Below, one piece after another: positions 19,321 through 28,333 of a stretch of DNA of 64,000 bases. How positions within the stretch are numbered: the first letter of the stretch is position 1; every line of letters begins with the position of its first letter. The position numbers and the translations under genes were made by a program. Under the pieces are notes generated by a model. That model was not told where the DNA came from. It was given only the letters and a program-made list of their open reading frames with translations, and did not search any database. Source of the stretch: Planctomycetota bacterium. Lineage in GTDB: Bacteria > Planctomycetota > UBA8108 > SXIK01. Where the stretch lies: positions 5,920,001 to 5,984,000 of the forward strand of contig OZ244999.1 in NCBI GenBank assembly GCA_965223265.1, given 5' to 3'.

Positions 19321-20430
19321 ATGAAACCGCGAATCCTCGTCACATCTGCTGCTGGACACACGGGATCAATCACCGCCATGCAGCTCCTCGAGAGAGGCTT
19401 TCCCGTTCGTGCGTTTGTTCGTCGAGACGATTCACGCGCCGACAACTTAAGGAAGGCAGGGGCCGAAATCTTCGTTGGAGATCTGCTCGACATGCGAGAT
19501 CTTCGCAAGGCTCTCGCCGATGTTCAGCGCGCGTATCACTGCCCACCGTTCGCCCCGAATCTTCTGCATGAGTCCATGCTGTTTGCTGTCGCCGCCGAAG
19601 AGGCGAAGCTCGAGGTCGTAGCACTGATGACCGCGTGGAATCCTCACCCGACGCATCCGTCGATCCACCAGCGCGAGCACTGGCTCGCCAACAATCTCTA
19701 TCAATGGATGCCGACCGTCGGCGTCGTGTACCTCAACCCCGGGGTGTTCGCCTTCACGTATTTCTTTGGCCTTCCAGCGGCTGCGCACTTCGGTAGATTG
19801 ATGCTCCCTTTCGGCGAAGGGTTGAACGCACCGCCCGCCAACGAGGATATCGCCGCGGTCGCGGCCGAAATCTTGGCTGCACCAGAGGAACACGTAGGCA
19901 GAGTCTATCGTCCCACCGGGCCAAAGATCCTCTCCGGCCACGATGTCGCGGAGGTTTTCAGTCGCGTCCTGGGGCGCAACGTCCGCTACCAGAACGTTCC
20001 GACCCGGATGTTCACCAAGTCTGCCAAAGCGCTCGGTTTCTCAGATTTCGAGATCGCCCAGCTACGCCACTACGCCGCAGAGGTTCGAGGCGGGGCGTAC
20101 GCCGTCAGCGCGCCGACGGATCACGTCGAGCGTGTTTGTGAGCGCCCGGCAGAAGCCTTCGAGGTGACCGCGCGGCGCTACATCCAAAATCCGCAGCTGG
20201 TCTTTCCCCACCTCAAGGTCGGCAGCAAGCTGGGCGCGCTGCGCCTGATGCTCAAGACGATGCTGACGCCGGCCCCCCAACTCGATCGCTGGGAATCCGA
20301 GCGCGGATACCCGCTGCTCACAGCGCCGGTACTGGCCCACAACAGCCAAGAGTGGCTGCGCGCCGCTGAAGAGACGCGGCCGGTCTTACTCGCACCGGGC
20401 TCCGCGCGAACCTCGGCGCTGCTGAGCTGA
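19321..20430 (+). CDS. NmrA-like NAD(P)-binding protein
   Basis: ILVTSAAGHTG Rossmann motif, VRAFVRR, EDIA.VAA.IL..P..H.G..Y.PTGP. Confidence 0.85.
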   Translation: MKPRILVTSAAGHTGSITAMQLLERGFPVRAFVRRDDSRADNLRKAGAEIFVGDLLDMRDLRKALADVQRAYHCPPFAPNLLHESMLFAVAAEEAKLEVVALMTAWNPHPTHPSIHQREHWLANNLYQWMPTVGVVYLNPGVFAFTYFFGLPAAAHFGRLMLPFGEGLNAPPANEDIAAVAAEILAAPEEHVGRVYRPTGPKILSGHDVAEVFSRVLGRNVRYQNVPTRMFTKSAKALGFSDFEIAQLRHYAAEVRGGAYAVSAPTDHVERVCERPAEAFEVTARRYIQNPQLVFPHLKVGSKLGALRLMLKTMLTPAPQLDRWESERGYPLLTAPVLAHNSQEWLRAAEETRPVLLAPGSARTSALLS

Positions 20431-20434
20431 ATCC

Positions 20435-20760
20435 AAAGTAGCAGGCACACGCCGCGTACCGTCCGCTCTTATCTACGTTGTCCTAAAGTAGCAGGCACAC
20501 GCCGTGTGCCGTCCGGTCTTCTCTGCGTTCACGTTCGCGTTCCGAAAGTAGCAGGCACACGCCGTGTGCCGTCCGGTCTTCTCTGCGTTCACGTTCGCGT
20601 TCCGAAAGTAGCAGGCACACGCCGTGTGCCGTCCGGTCTTCTCTGCGCTCACGTTCGCGTTCCGAAAGTAGCAGGCACACGCCGTGTCCCGTCCGGTCTT
20701 CTCTGCGTTCACGTTCGCGCTCACGTTGGCGCGAGGTCTCGCCGTGTGCCGGTCGCTCTT
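20435..20760. repeat. 60-bp tandem array of single GTAG REP units
   Basis: AAAGTAGCAGGCACACGCCGTGTGCCGTCCGGTCTT at 20485, 20545, 20605 and 20665, with degenerate copies at 20435 and ~20740. Confidence 0.9.
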
Positions 20761-20832
20761 ACGAGCACAGTCGGCAAGTGAGCGCCTCGACAAAAACGGC
20801 AAACCCGAGGCGCTCACTTGCGACCCAACGAA

Positions 20833-20991
20833 TCACTCGCAGCCCAGCAACTCGCAGCCCAGACTCGCAGTCGGCTGAGGGTCAACCCCGCAGCCCGGAT
20901 GCGGTGGCGGTGGCGCCTCGCTGCCAGCGACGAAAAGGAAGTTGAACATGAAGATGGCGTCGGAAATGTCGCTTGAGTCATCGTCGTTGAA
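20833..20991 (-). pseudogene. Orphan C-terminal dockerin-like fragment
   Basis: Reads FNDDDSSDISDAIFMFNFLFVAGSEAPPPPHPGCGVDPQPTASLGCELLGCE*, matching the dockerin tails elsewhere in the window. No upstream gene body. Confidence 0.75.
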
Positions 20992-21258
20992 CAGACTTTG
21001 CCCGCGGTGACGTCGCCGTCGTCATACTTCATGACCTCTAAGTGACTTGTTACCTCGTCCCTTGCCCGGATTCAGGGCCAAGACTCTACACGAAGGTCGT
21101 TAGCAATAGCAAGATCGAGCCCGTCCAGGGTTGGACACCCCAACAGACACAAAAAACCTGGCGCGCTGAATGTTCGTGGTACGTTCAAGCAAGGGGCCGA
21201 AGTATAGAAACGGTAGCAACGATGCACTTGAAAAAGATCACGACGAGAAAGGAAACTC

Positions 21259-21546
21259 ATGCCACAGACTCGACGCCAAGAAATCACTGAGCTCTTACAC
21301 CACGGCGCTCTCAGCGTTGAAGAGATCGCCGCGCGCGTCGCTGCCGATGCGAAGTCGGTGCTCGCCGACCTCGAACACGTGCGCCGCAGCCTCAAACCGC
21401 CTGAGAGCTGGCGCAAGCACGCCGCTGCGTGCCTCCGCTGCGACTTCGAGTTCACTGGCCGCGACAGGTTCACAACGCCGTCGCGCTGCCCGAAATGCCG
21501 CAGCGAAGAAATCCGCGACCCGCTCTTCGAGGTCGTCGGCGAGTGA
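21259..21546 (+). CDS. HTH + zinc-ribbon transcriptional regulator-like protein (COG3357-like)
   Basis: TRRQEI.ELL..LS.EEIA HTH, DLEHV.RS, CLRC..F....PSRCPKC.SE.I. AAAGGA RBS. Confidence 0.75.
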   Translation: MPQTRRQEITELLHHGALSVEEIAARVAADAKSVLADLEHVRRSLKPPESWRKHAAACLRCDFEFTGRDRFTTPSRCPKCRSEEIRDPLFEVVGE

Positions 21547-21714
21547 AGACCGCGTGACGATCGATCGTACCAAGTCCGTCGCGACCCGAGCTTTCGAGTA
21601 GCCGAGACACCCTCTCCTGTGAACGATGAACGCAAGTCAAGGCGAATGGTCTCGTGGACCCACCAACTGTAGTCCGGCACAAACACCATTAAGCAGTGAG
21701 GGAATCGTCGAAGA

Positions 21715-22491
21715 ATGCTCTTCACCTGGCTGCGCCGTAGGCGGCGCCGAAAACTGCTCTCGCGTCCTTACCCTGCTCAGTGGGATCCGCACTTCGCGGC
21801 ACTGCCGTTCTATCTGCAGCTGGATGCGAAGCGTCGCGACGCCATCCGCGACATTACGCGCGTTCTTGTGACCGAAAAGAACTGGGAAGGGTGCGGCGGC
21901 CTGTCGATCACCGAGGAGATGCAGGTGACGATCGCGGCGGGAGCGGCGCTTCTGCTGCTCGGCCTCGAGCACGAATACTACCGTCACGTCGACTCGATCC
22001 TCGTCTACCCGACGACCATCATGGCACGTCACCGCCAAGCGGGCCCAGGCGGCTTGGTCCGAGAGGGAAAACAAGCTGTGATTGGACTCGCCCACTATCG
22101 TGGACCGATTGTTCTCGCGTGGGACTCGGCCCGCCATGGCGGGGAAAACTGGGAGGATGGCCGCAACGTCATCCTGCACGAGTTCGCGCACAAACTCGAC
22201 ATGCTCGACCACTTCGCCGACGGAACGCCGCCGATTCACGAACGCGAGCAGTACGACGCTTGGGTGCAGATCATGACGCGCGAATACGAGCTTTTGGTGA
22301 AGAAAACGGAAAAGGGCAGGCGCACGCTCATGGACAAGTACGGTGCGACAAATCCGGCGGAGTTCTTTGCCGTCGCAACGGAGTGCTTCTTCGAAAAGGG
22401 CCGAGCCATGAAGCGGAAACACCCGGAGCTCTACGAATTGTTGAAGACGTACTATCGTCAGGATCCCGCCGGCTGGCGTGCTTCCTCGTAG
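21715..22491 (+). CDS. Zinc-dependent peptidase, M90 (MtfA-like) family
   Basis: NVILHEFAHKLD, YGATNPAEFFAVATE.FFE. Confidence 0.9.
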   Translation: MLFTWLRRRRRRKLLSRPYPAQWDPHFAALPFYLQLDAKRRDAIRDITRVLVTEKNWEGCGGLSITEEMQVTIAAGAALLLLGLEHEYYRHVDSILVYPTTIMARHRQAGPGGLVREGKQAVIGLAHYRGPIVLAWDSARHGGENWEDGRNVILHEFAHKLDMLDHFADGTPPIHEREQYDAWVQIMTREYELLVKKTEKGRRTLMDKYGATNPAEFFAVATECFFEKGRAMKRKHPELYELLKTYYRQDPAGWRASS

Positions 22492-24167
22492 CGGACGCTC
22501 ACGCCCGCTTCGTTTGGACTAACCTGGATCCGAAGGTGGTCGACTCGGGAGGCCTGCTTCTCCGCTTCGCGACGCCACGTTGCATCGGGGCCAAACCGAT
22601 GGCGCTCCTTGCCGTCCTCCCTTCGCCAAGGACCGTCCTCTATCTTCAGTGCGATCGCACTTGCGATGCAGATATGGAGTGGCACCCAGGCCCACACCGC
22701 CCAGTACCTCCAACCCAACTTCCAGCTCGGGTCGGCCGCAGATTTCGGCGCGGCAGTCGGCTCTCGCGCGCGCAGCGCGTCACCGGAGCGCGCGATAAGC
22801 ATCCACGTGGCGATCGCAGCCAACGCCAAAAAAGAGAAGCCCGACATCATCGCACTCGGATTCTTGTAGTCCGCGACACGTTTGGCGATCACGGCGGCAA
22901 GACTGACCCCGGTGACAACCAGAAACAGCAGCGCGCCTTTGCCATACGCACTCGCAGGCGCCAACGCCAAAGAGCCGCGGCGGTAGAGCCTGAGGCCGTA
23001 GAGCACCGGCAGCGTCCACAGGATTCCAGCGATGAGGAAATAGGCCCACGGTTCGAACTGCGGAAACGGCTCCTTGAAGTAGGCGAGGGGCTCAGCCGGG
23101 AGCACATCCGAACGCACGCGCCAGTGCCAGGCGTTTTTCTTCAGGTTCATCCAACTCATCACCACCACCAAAACGAATCCTGCAAAGACGTCTAAGCGGC
23201 GGCGATCGACATCCTCAGATGGAGGCTCGAGGTTACCCTGGATCAGTCTTCCAGCTCCCATGGCGACGCCGAATCCCATGAAGAACCCAAAACTCTCCTC
23301 GGCATGCTTCCACGCGGACAACGGCGCGAAGTAGCCCCAACCGGTGGCAAACGGGACATGAATCTGCAGCGCCAGAATGAACCCGATGCAGCCTGCGAGC
23401 ATGGCGTAAGCCGTGAACACGACAGCGGCGCGGTCCCGCTGCCGCCAATGGTGCAGGAGAAGCGCCACGAGAATGCCGATGACACCGGCCCAAACCTCAC
23501 TGCGGTATGGCGGCGCTAACTCGATGCCTCCGAACTTGGTGAGCGCAAGGTAGCCGATCCACCATGCAGCGGTGCATTCGAGGATCAGCCGCGTCGCCGG
23601 ACGATCCCCTCTGCGGATGAACCAATACGGCACGAGGACAATCGGGATCGTCAGCGCCGCCAGCCATTCTCCGTCGTGCCACTCCTCTTCGGTGTAGGCG
23701 GCATACGCCTCAAAAGCCGCCGGGCGAAAAAAGAAATACAAATACGTTAACAGGAACGCGGTGCCAACGACCGTGAGCGGTCCGATGAATCGATTCAATT
23801 CGCTGCGCGGACGCGTGAACGCCAGAGCCAGGATCGCCCCACCGATGCCCGACCAAAGCAGGCCGACCAGTCCAATGCAAGCAAAGCCATAAACCACGTC
23901 TACGGGCGTATCGGAAAGAATGTAGAGCCGGTGCTCCATGTTGGTCAGCGTGCCGCCCCACGCCCAACCGATCGCTCCGCAAAGGCCGGCGACTGCGCAG
24001 CGACGGTACCAACCCGGCCGCGCTGAACCGAGACACACCGCCATGGCAACAAGCGCGCCTGGCACCATGGCACCCGCTTCATGCCCGTAGGACCCGCGCC
24101 ACCCCCAGCCGTAGCACATGGCGACGGCAGAGAAAAGAAAGAGGCTCAGGAGGCGGGGTGATTCCAC
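22458..24167 (-). CDS. Uncharacterised polytopic membrane protein
   Basis: 569 aa with more than 12 hydrophobic segments; Gly/Trp-rich GWGWRGSYGHEAGAM. 34-bp convergent overlap with the peptidase gene. Confidence 0.75.
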   Translation of the reverse strand: MESPRLLSLFLFSAVAMCYGWGWRGSYGHEAGAMVPGALVAMAVCLGSARPGWYRRCAVAGLCGAIGWAWGGTLTNMEHRLYILSDTPVDVVYGFACIGLVGLLWSGIGGAILALAFTRPRSELNRFIGPLTVVGTAFLLTYLYFFFRPAAFEAYAAYTEEEWHDGEWLAALTIPIVLVPYWFIRRGDRPATRLILECTAAWWIGYLALTKFGGIELAPPYRSEVWAGVIGILVALLLHHWRQRDRAAVVFTAYAMLAGCIGFILALQIHVPFATGWGYFAPLSAWKHAEESFGFFMGFGVAMGAGRLIQGNLEPPSEDVDRRRLDVFAGFVLVVVMSWMNLKKNAWHWRVRSDVLPAEPLAYFKEPFPQFEPWAYFLIAGILWTLPVLYGLRLYRRGSLALAPASAYGKGALLFLVVTGVSLAAVIAKRVADYKNPSAMMSGFSFLALAAIATWMLIARSGDALRAREPTAAPKSAADPSWKLGWRYWAVWAWVPLHICIASAIALKIEDGPWRREDGKERHRFGPDATWRREAEKQASRVDHLRIQVSPNEAGVSVRYEEARQPAGS

Positions 24168-24228
24168 GCAGTTTCTCGCTCCGGTCGGTCAGCCAATGTC
24201 GCATGTTACGAGAATATACGAAATCGTG

Positions 24229-24255
24229 CGTCACGTTTTCCGTGCCTATTTCGTC
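24229..24255 (+). promoter_or_regulatory. Putative ECF41-dependent promoter CGTCACG-N16-CGTC
   Basis: Matches the spacing and -10 of the ECF41 consensus TGTCACA-N16-CGTC, upstream of the oxidoreductase/ECF41 operon. Confidence 0.65.
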
Positions 24256-24402
24256 TTCACTCCGGAGCCCCACCGAACGACGAGCTCGGCTCGTAATCGC
24301 GCTCAGGCGTTCCAGACCATGTCCTCTGATCGCGGCAGCACAAACAGCTGTGTGGTGTCCGAATGGCCAAAACCGTCAAGACTGAAGAAAGGAACCTCCC
24401 CC

Positions 24403-25395
24403 ATGAACATCTTTATCGCAGGTGCGACCGGCGTCATCGGGCGATCACTCGTACCGCAACTGCTCGAACGAGGGCACTCCGTCACGGCGATGACGCGCGA
24501 TGAGAAGCGGGCCGACCGGATCGCACGCCAAGGCGCCGAACCCGTCGTTTGCGACGTCTACGACGCCGCCCGGCTCGATCGTGTTGTCGGTGACGCAGCT
24601 CCAGACGTCGTCGTCCACCAACTCACGTCCCTACCTGCCGCTATTCATCCACGCCACATCGCAGAGCACCTAGCTGCCAACGACCGCATCCGCACCGAGG
24701 GCACCCGGAACCTCTTGCGTGCTGCCCGAAGGGCAGGCGTCCGCAGAGTCGTCGCGCAAAGTATCGCATTCGCCTACACACCGCACGGCAGCCTCGTCAA
24801 AGACGAGACTGCGCCGCTCTGGCTCGACGCGCCGTGGCCTTGGCAGCGCACGGTACGCGCCGTAGAGGATCTGGAAGCGCAAGTGACTTCGAATCGGGAC
24901 ATCGAAGGCGTCGTCTTGCGTTACGGCTACTTCTACGGCCCGGGCACAGCGTACGCCGCGGACGGCTCGGTCGCTGCGCTCGTCCGTCGACGCCAGTTTC
25001 CGCTTGTCGGGGCTGGCTCCGGCGTCTTCTCATTCGTTCACGTGAGCGATGCTGCTGCCGCGACGGTCTTGGCGCTCGACAACAGCGCCGCGGGAATCTA
25101 CAACATCGTCGACGACGAGCCGAGCCCCATGCGCGACTGGCTGCCTGTTTACGCCGACGCTTTGGGTGCACGCGGACCGCGTCGGGTCCCTCGCCTGCTG
25201 GCGCGGTTCGCCGCCGGTCGTTACGGCCTGTACATGATGACGGATCAACGCGGGGCCTCGAACGCGCGTGCCAAGAAGGAGCTAGGCTGGTCGCCATGCC
25301 CGGCGTCGTGGCGCACGGGATTTCGAGACGCGCTCGCCGGCGAAGCAGGCCGGAGCGTTCAAGCTCACGGTGCGGAGGCAACGACAGGTGTGTGA
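24403..25395 (+). CDS. NAD-dependent epimerase/dehydratase-like oxidoreductase
   Basis: IFIAGATGVIG, VVLRYG.FYGPG, SFVHV.DAA. AAAGGA RBS. Confidence 0.9.
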   Translation: MNIFIAGATGVIGRSLVPQLLERGHSVTAMTRDEKRADRIARQGAEPVVCDVYDAARLDRVVGDAAPDVVVHQLTSLPAAIHPRHIAEHLAANDRIRTEGTRNLLRAARRAGVRRVVAQSIAFAYTPHGSLVKDETAPLWLDAPWPWQRTVRAVEDLEAQVTSNRDIEGVVLRYGYFYGPGTAYAADGSVAALVRRRQFPLVGAGSGVFSFVHVSDAAAATVLALDNSAAGIYNIVDDEPSPMRDWLPVYADALGARGPRRVPRLLARFAAGRYGLYMMTDQRGASNARAKKELGWSPCPASWRTGFRDALAGEAGRSVQAHGAEATTGV

Positions 25396-26308
25396 CGACA
25401 CGAAACCGCACACAGATAGCACGGCCGGAGATGGTCGTGCCCGAGATCTCGCGGCGGCATTCGCAGCGCACCGTGCCTATCTCTTTGCGGTCGCCTATCG
25501 CATGGTCGGCGTCGCCGCGGATGCGGAAGACATACTCCAAGAAGCGTGGCTGCGTTTTTCGTCCGCTCGTCTGGACAACATCGACAACCTTCGATCCTAT
25601 CTGGTCACGATCGTCACACGACTCTGTGTCGACCTCATGCGATCGGCGCGGCGTCGACGCGAACACTATGTCGGCGTCTGGCTTCCGGAGCCGGTCCCAA
25701 CGCCGGAGGCTCTTCCCGACGCCCTCGAAGCAGCTGAGTCGGCATCGTTCGCCTTTCTGCTTCTTCTCGAAAGACTGAGTCCGCAGCAGCGAGCCGTCCT
25801 GCTCCTGCACGACGTCTTTGACTACTCGCACGATGAAGTCGCGGATGTGATGGGGTGCTCAACGGCAGCGAGCCGTCAGATGCTCCACCGTGCACGACAG
25901 CGACTCGGCGAGGCCTCGCGCCCGAAGAGTCCGCCGACGGCTGAAGTGAACGAAATCGTCTCGCGCTTCTTTTCGGCGGCGCAGACAGGTGACGTCGATG
26001 CGCTCATCGCGGCGCTGGCACCGGACGTCGTGCTCATGAGCGACGGCGGCGGCAAGGTCGCGGCGGTCAATCGCCCACTCGCTGGGAGTACGCCCGTGGG
26101 CCGATTCTTCGGCGCCGTCGGGCAACACAGCGCCGGCAGCTCGGCCATGCCGTTTCACCTCAACGGTCAGCCAGCGGCGCTGATCTACGAGGGCGGCGAG
26201 CTCACAAACGCCATGGTGTTCGACGTCACAGGCGCGGGGATCACCGCGATCTACGTCGTCCGTAATCCCGACAAGTTGCGGCGCCTGCAAGCAGCGGCGA
26301 GCTCGTGA
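25388..26308 (+). CDS. ECF41 (SigJ-like) sigma factor with SnoaL-like C-terminal extension
   Basis: DAEDILQEAWLR, YVGVWLPEPV, SDGGGKV and RNPDKL signature motifs of ECF41. Confidence 0.9.
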   Translation: MCDDTKPHTDSTAGDGRARDLAAAFAAHRAYLFAVAYRMVGVAADAEDILQEAWLRFSSARLDNIDNLRSYLVTIVTRLCVDLMRSARRRREHYVGVWLPEPVPTPEALPDALEAAESASFAFLLLLERLSPQQRAVLLLHDVFDYSHDEVADVMGCSTAASRQMLHRARQRLGEASRPKSPPTAEVNEIVSRFFSAAQTGDVDALIAALAPDVVLMSDGGGKVAAVNRPLAGSTPVGRFFGAVGQHSAGSSAMPFHLNGQPAALIYEGGELTNAMVFDVTGAGITAIYVVRNPDKLRRLQAAASS

Positions 26309-26312
26309 CGAC

Positions 26313-26689
26313 GTAGCCGGCACGCACCAGTTTGCGTTTGCGTTTGCGTGGGCGCCTCTCAAAGTGGCAGGCACTCTCCGAGTGCCGTGGCCGCAAAGAA
26401 GACCCGACGGCACTCGGAGAGTGCCTGCGACTATGGGGCGCCTGACTTTTCCTCTGACGTGCTGTTGCGTGGGCGTGGGCTGTCCGATCTTGTGAGCGTG
26501 CGTGGAGGACACAGCACAAACGCCGATCGAATTTGAGGACAAGGGTTTCCGAGCCTTCCGCGAAGAATTTGTGCAGCTGTAGAGACAGGGTCGGAGACAG
26601 ACGGCACACGGCGTGTGCCTGCTACTTTAGGAAGCGCAAACGGCTACGCGCGCAAGACCGGACGGCACACGGCGTGTGCCTGCTACTTT
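26313..26689. repeat. Cluster of GTAG REP elements: one inverted pair (26361-26434), two tandem copies (26601, 26662) and a degenerate one (26313)
   Basis: AAAGTGGCAGGCACTCTCCGAGTGCCGT...ACGGCACTCGGAGAGTGCCTGCGACT and two ACGGCACACGGCGTGTGCCTGCTACTTT, between convergent genes. Confidence 0.85.
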
Positions 26690-26728
26690 GGAAAACGCAA
26701 GCGCACCGTCTGCGGCGTGCGGACTACG

Positions 26729-27982
26729 TTAGGGCTCGAGTTCGGCGAGATCGAAACGATAGAACGTGATGGCGCCGTAGCGCGCGCCTTCGTCGTTGAC
26801 CGTTTCGACGACCAGGCCGATGCTGCCGTCCGCCAAGCGCTGGAGAACCGAATAAGCCGCGAAGCCGGCGTGGATGCGCACCGGGCCGCCGAACGTTTTG
26901 CCCTCGTCGTAACTCGTCCAGACGGTGAGGTCGTTGCGATTGAGGCCGTCCCGCCCACGCGGCGCCGAGAAGAGGATGCGGTCTTTGTCGTGCCCCTCCC
27001 GCTTGGCGGAGTAGCGCAGGAGGGAGGCATCCACCTCCGCGACCCGCGTCGACTCGGGCGTGTTCGGCCCCCACGTCGCGCCGCCGTCGCGGCTGACGTG
27101 CCGGCGACGATGTTCGCCGCCGTTTTGACGCGCGTCGAGAAGTAGCGTGCCGTCGGTCAGCTCGATGACTTCATCCTCGTTACCTTGCGGGCCCGGCGTC
27201 ACGCCACCGACCTGCCACGACTTTCCATGATCGTCGGAGAAGTAAACGAACGGCGCGACAGTCGCCGGACCGTCCGGCGTCTTGGAACCGCTTCGCTTCG
27301 CTGGGACCACGAGTCGCCCGTTCCTGCTGGCGTCGCTCTGCCACTGGAGCTGGATGCCGTGCCCCGGACCAGGCTCGGCCTGACGCCAGTAGAGACCATC
27401 CGAGGTCCCCTTCGGTTCGTCCGGATAGACAATCTGCTGACGCTCCGACCATGTGCGTCCGTTGTCGGTGCTCGACCGCACCCAGACGACGTGGTTGCTG
27501 TCCGCCGAGTCCGGGTTTTGGCCGTAGCTGACGATGTTGGGTGCCTTGTCCGGCCACTGGCCGTAGAGGAGAAAGATCGTCTTCGTCCCGACATCGAGTA
27601 CTGGCGTCGGGTCGCCAAAGTCAACTCGACGTCCGTTGGCGCGAAAACCCGAATCGATCACGACGAGAGGCTCCCAGGTGCGGCCGTTGTCGGTGCTACG
27701 GCGCATCACGAGATCGATCGGCGCGTTCTCATCGTGACGCGGATCGCTGCCGTCGCCTCGGCGTCCTTCTGCGAAGACCAAGATCGTCCCGTCGGGTGCG
27801 GCGATCATGCCAGGGATACGAAACGTGTGATAGCGTCCCTGCTCCGTCACATAGTCTCCCTTAGGCGCGGCGAACGGACGCGACACCGTCAACACTTCAG
27901 CTGCGAGTGGCACGTGAACGATCAACATCGAGACAACTGCGACCATCGCGACTTGATCCATCTTCAATTGCGTCTTCGACAT
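26729..27982 (-). CDS. Sialidase-like (GH33/BNR repeat) protein
   Basis: FRIP motif and several Asp boxes (STDNGRTW, SDDHGKSW, SRDGGATW, SYDEGKTF); signal peptide. Confidence 0.85.
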   Translation of the reverse strand: MSKTQLKMDQVAMVAVVSMLIVHVPLAAEVLTVSRPFAAPKGDYVTEQGRYHTFRIPGMIAAPDGTILVFAEGRRGDGSDPRHDENAPIDLVMRRSTDNGRTWEPLVVIDSGFRANGRRVDFGDPTPVLDVGTKTIFLLYGQWPDKAPNIVSYGQNPDSADSNHVVWVRSSTDNGRTWSERQQIVYPDEPKGTSDGLYWRQAEPGPGHGIQLQWQSDASRNGRLVVPAKRSGSKTPDGPATVAPFVYFSDDHGKSWQVGGVTPGPQGNEDEVIELTDGTLLLDARQNGGEHRRRHVSRDGGATWGPNTPESTRVAEVDASLLRYSAKREGHDKDRILFSAPRGRDGLNRNDLTVWTSYDEGKTFGGPVRIHAGFAAYSVLQRLADGSIGLVVETVNDEGARYGAITFYRFDLAELEP

Positions 27983-28041
27983 GTCAGTTCCTATGATCAA
28001 TGGCCAAAGCGGCAAAAAAGATCTCCAAATTTCCTCTCTTC

Positions 28042-28087
28042 CTCTGCGCCACTCTGCGAACTCTGCGAACTCTGCGAACTCTGCGGC
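28042..28087. repeat. Short tandem repeat, CTCTGCG core x5 with ~9-bp period
   Basis: CTCTGCG at 28042, 28052, 28061, 28070 and 28079, upstream of the sialidase gene. Confidence 0.8.
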
Positions 28088-28333
28088 CAAGAATACTGCC
28101 GGAAGATTTCTAACCACAGAGTCCGCGGAGGAACGCAGCGATCCTCACAGCGAATCAGGCTTCCGTAAAGCAGCTCCTCGCCGCCGCATAGAAAAATGTT
28201 TGCGCGAGAACAAGACTTTCGAGGTTAGCAGTGCAGAGTTGTTGATCGAAAGATCTTCGCTCTCGCACCCTTCTCCAGTGCATTCTGCGGCGGGAGATTC
28301 TTCAGGAAGATTCTCCACCACGCAGCCAATGCG

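Noticed and set aside
20435-20760. CRISPR array (60-bp period is CRISPR-like)
   Set aside because: The linkers are identical or nearly so, and the repeat is the same REP found dispersed in both orientations.
21780-23195. 471-aa ORF and other long overlapping or antisense ORFs (e.g. 449-1495, 13673-14527, 27185-28168)
   Set aside because: Shadow frames of well-supported genes in high-GC DNA, with Arg/Pro-rich composition and no motifs.
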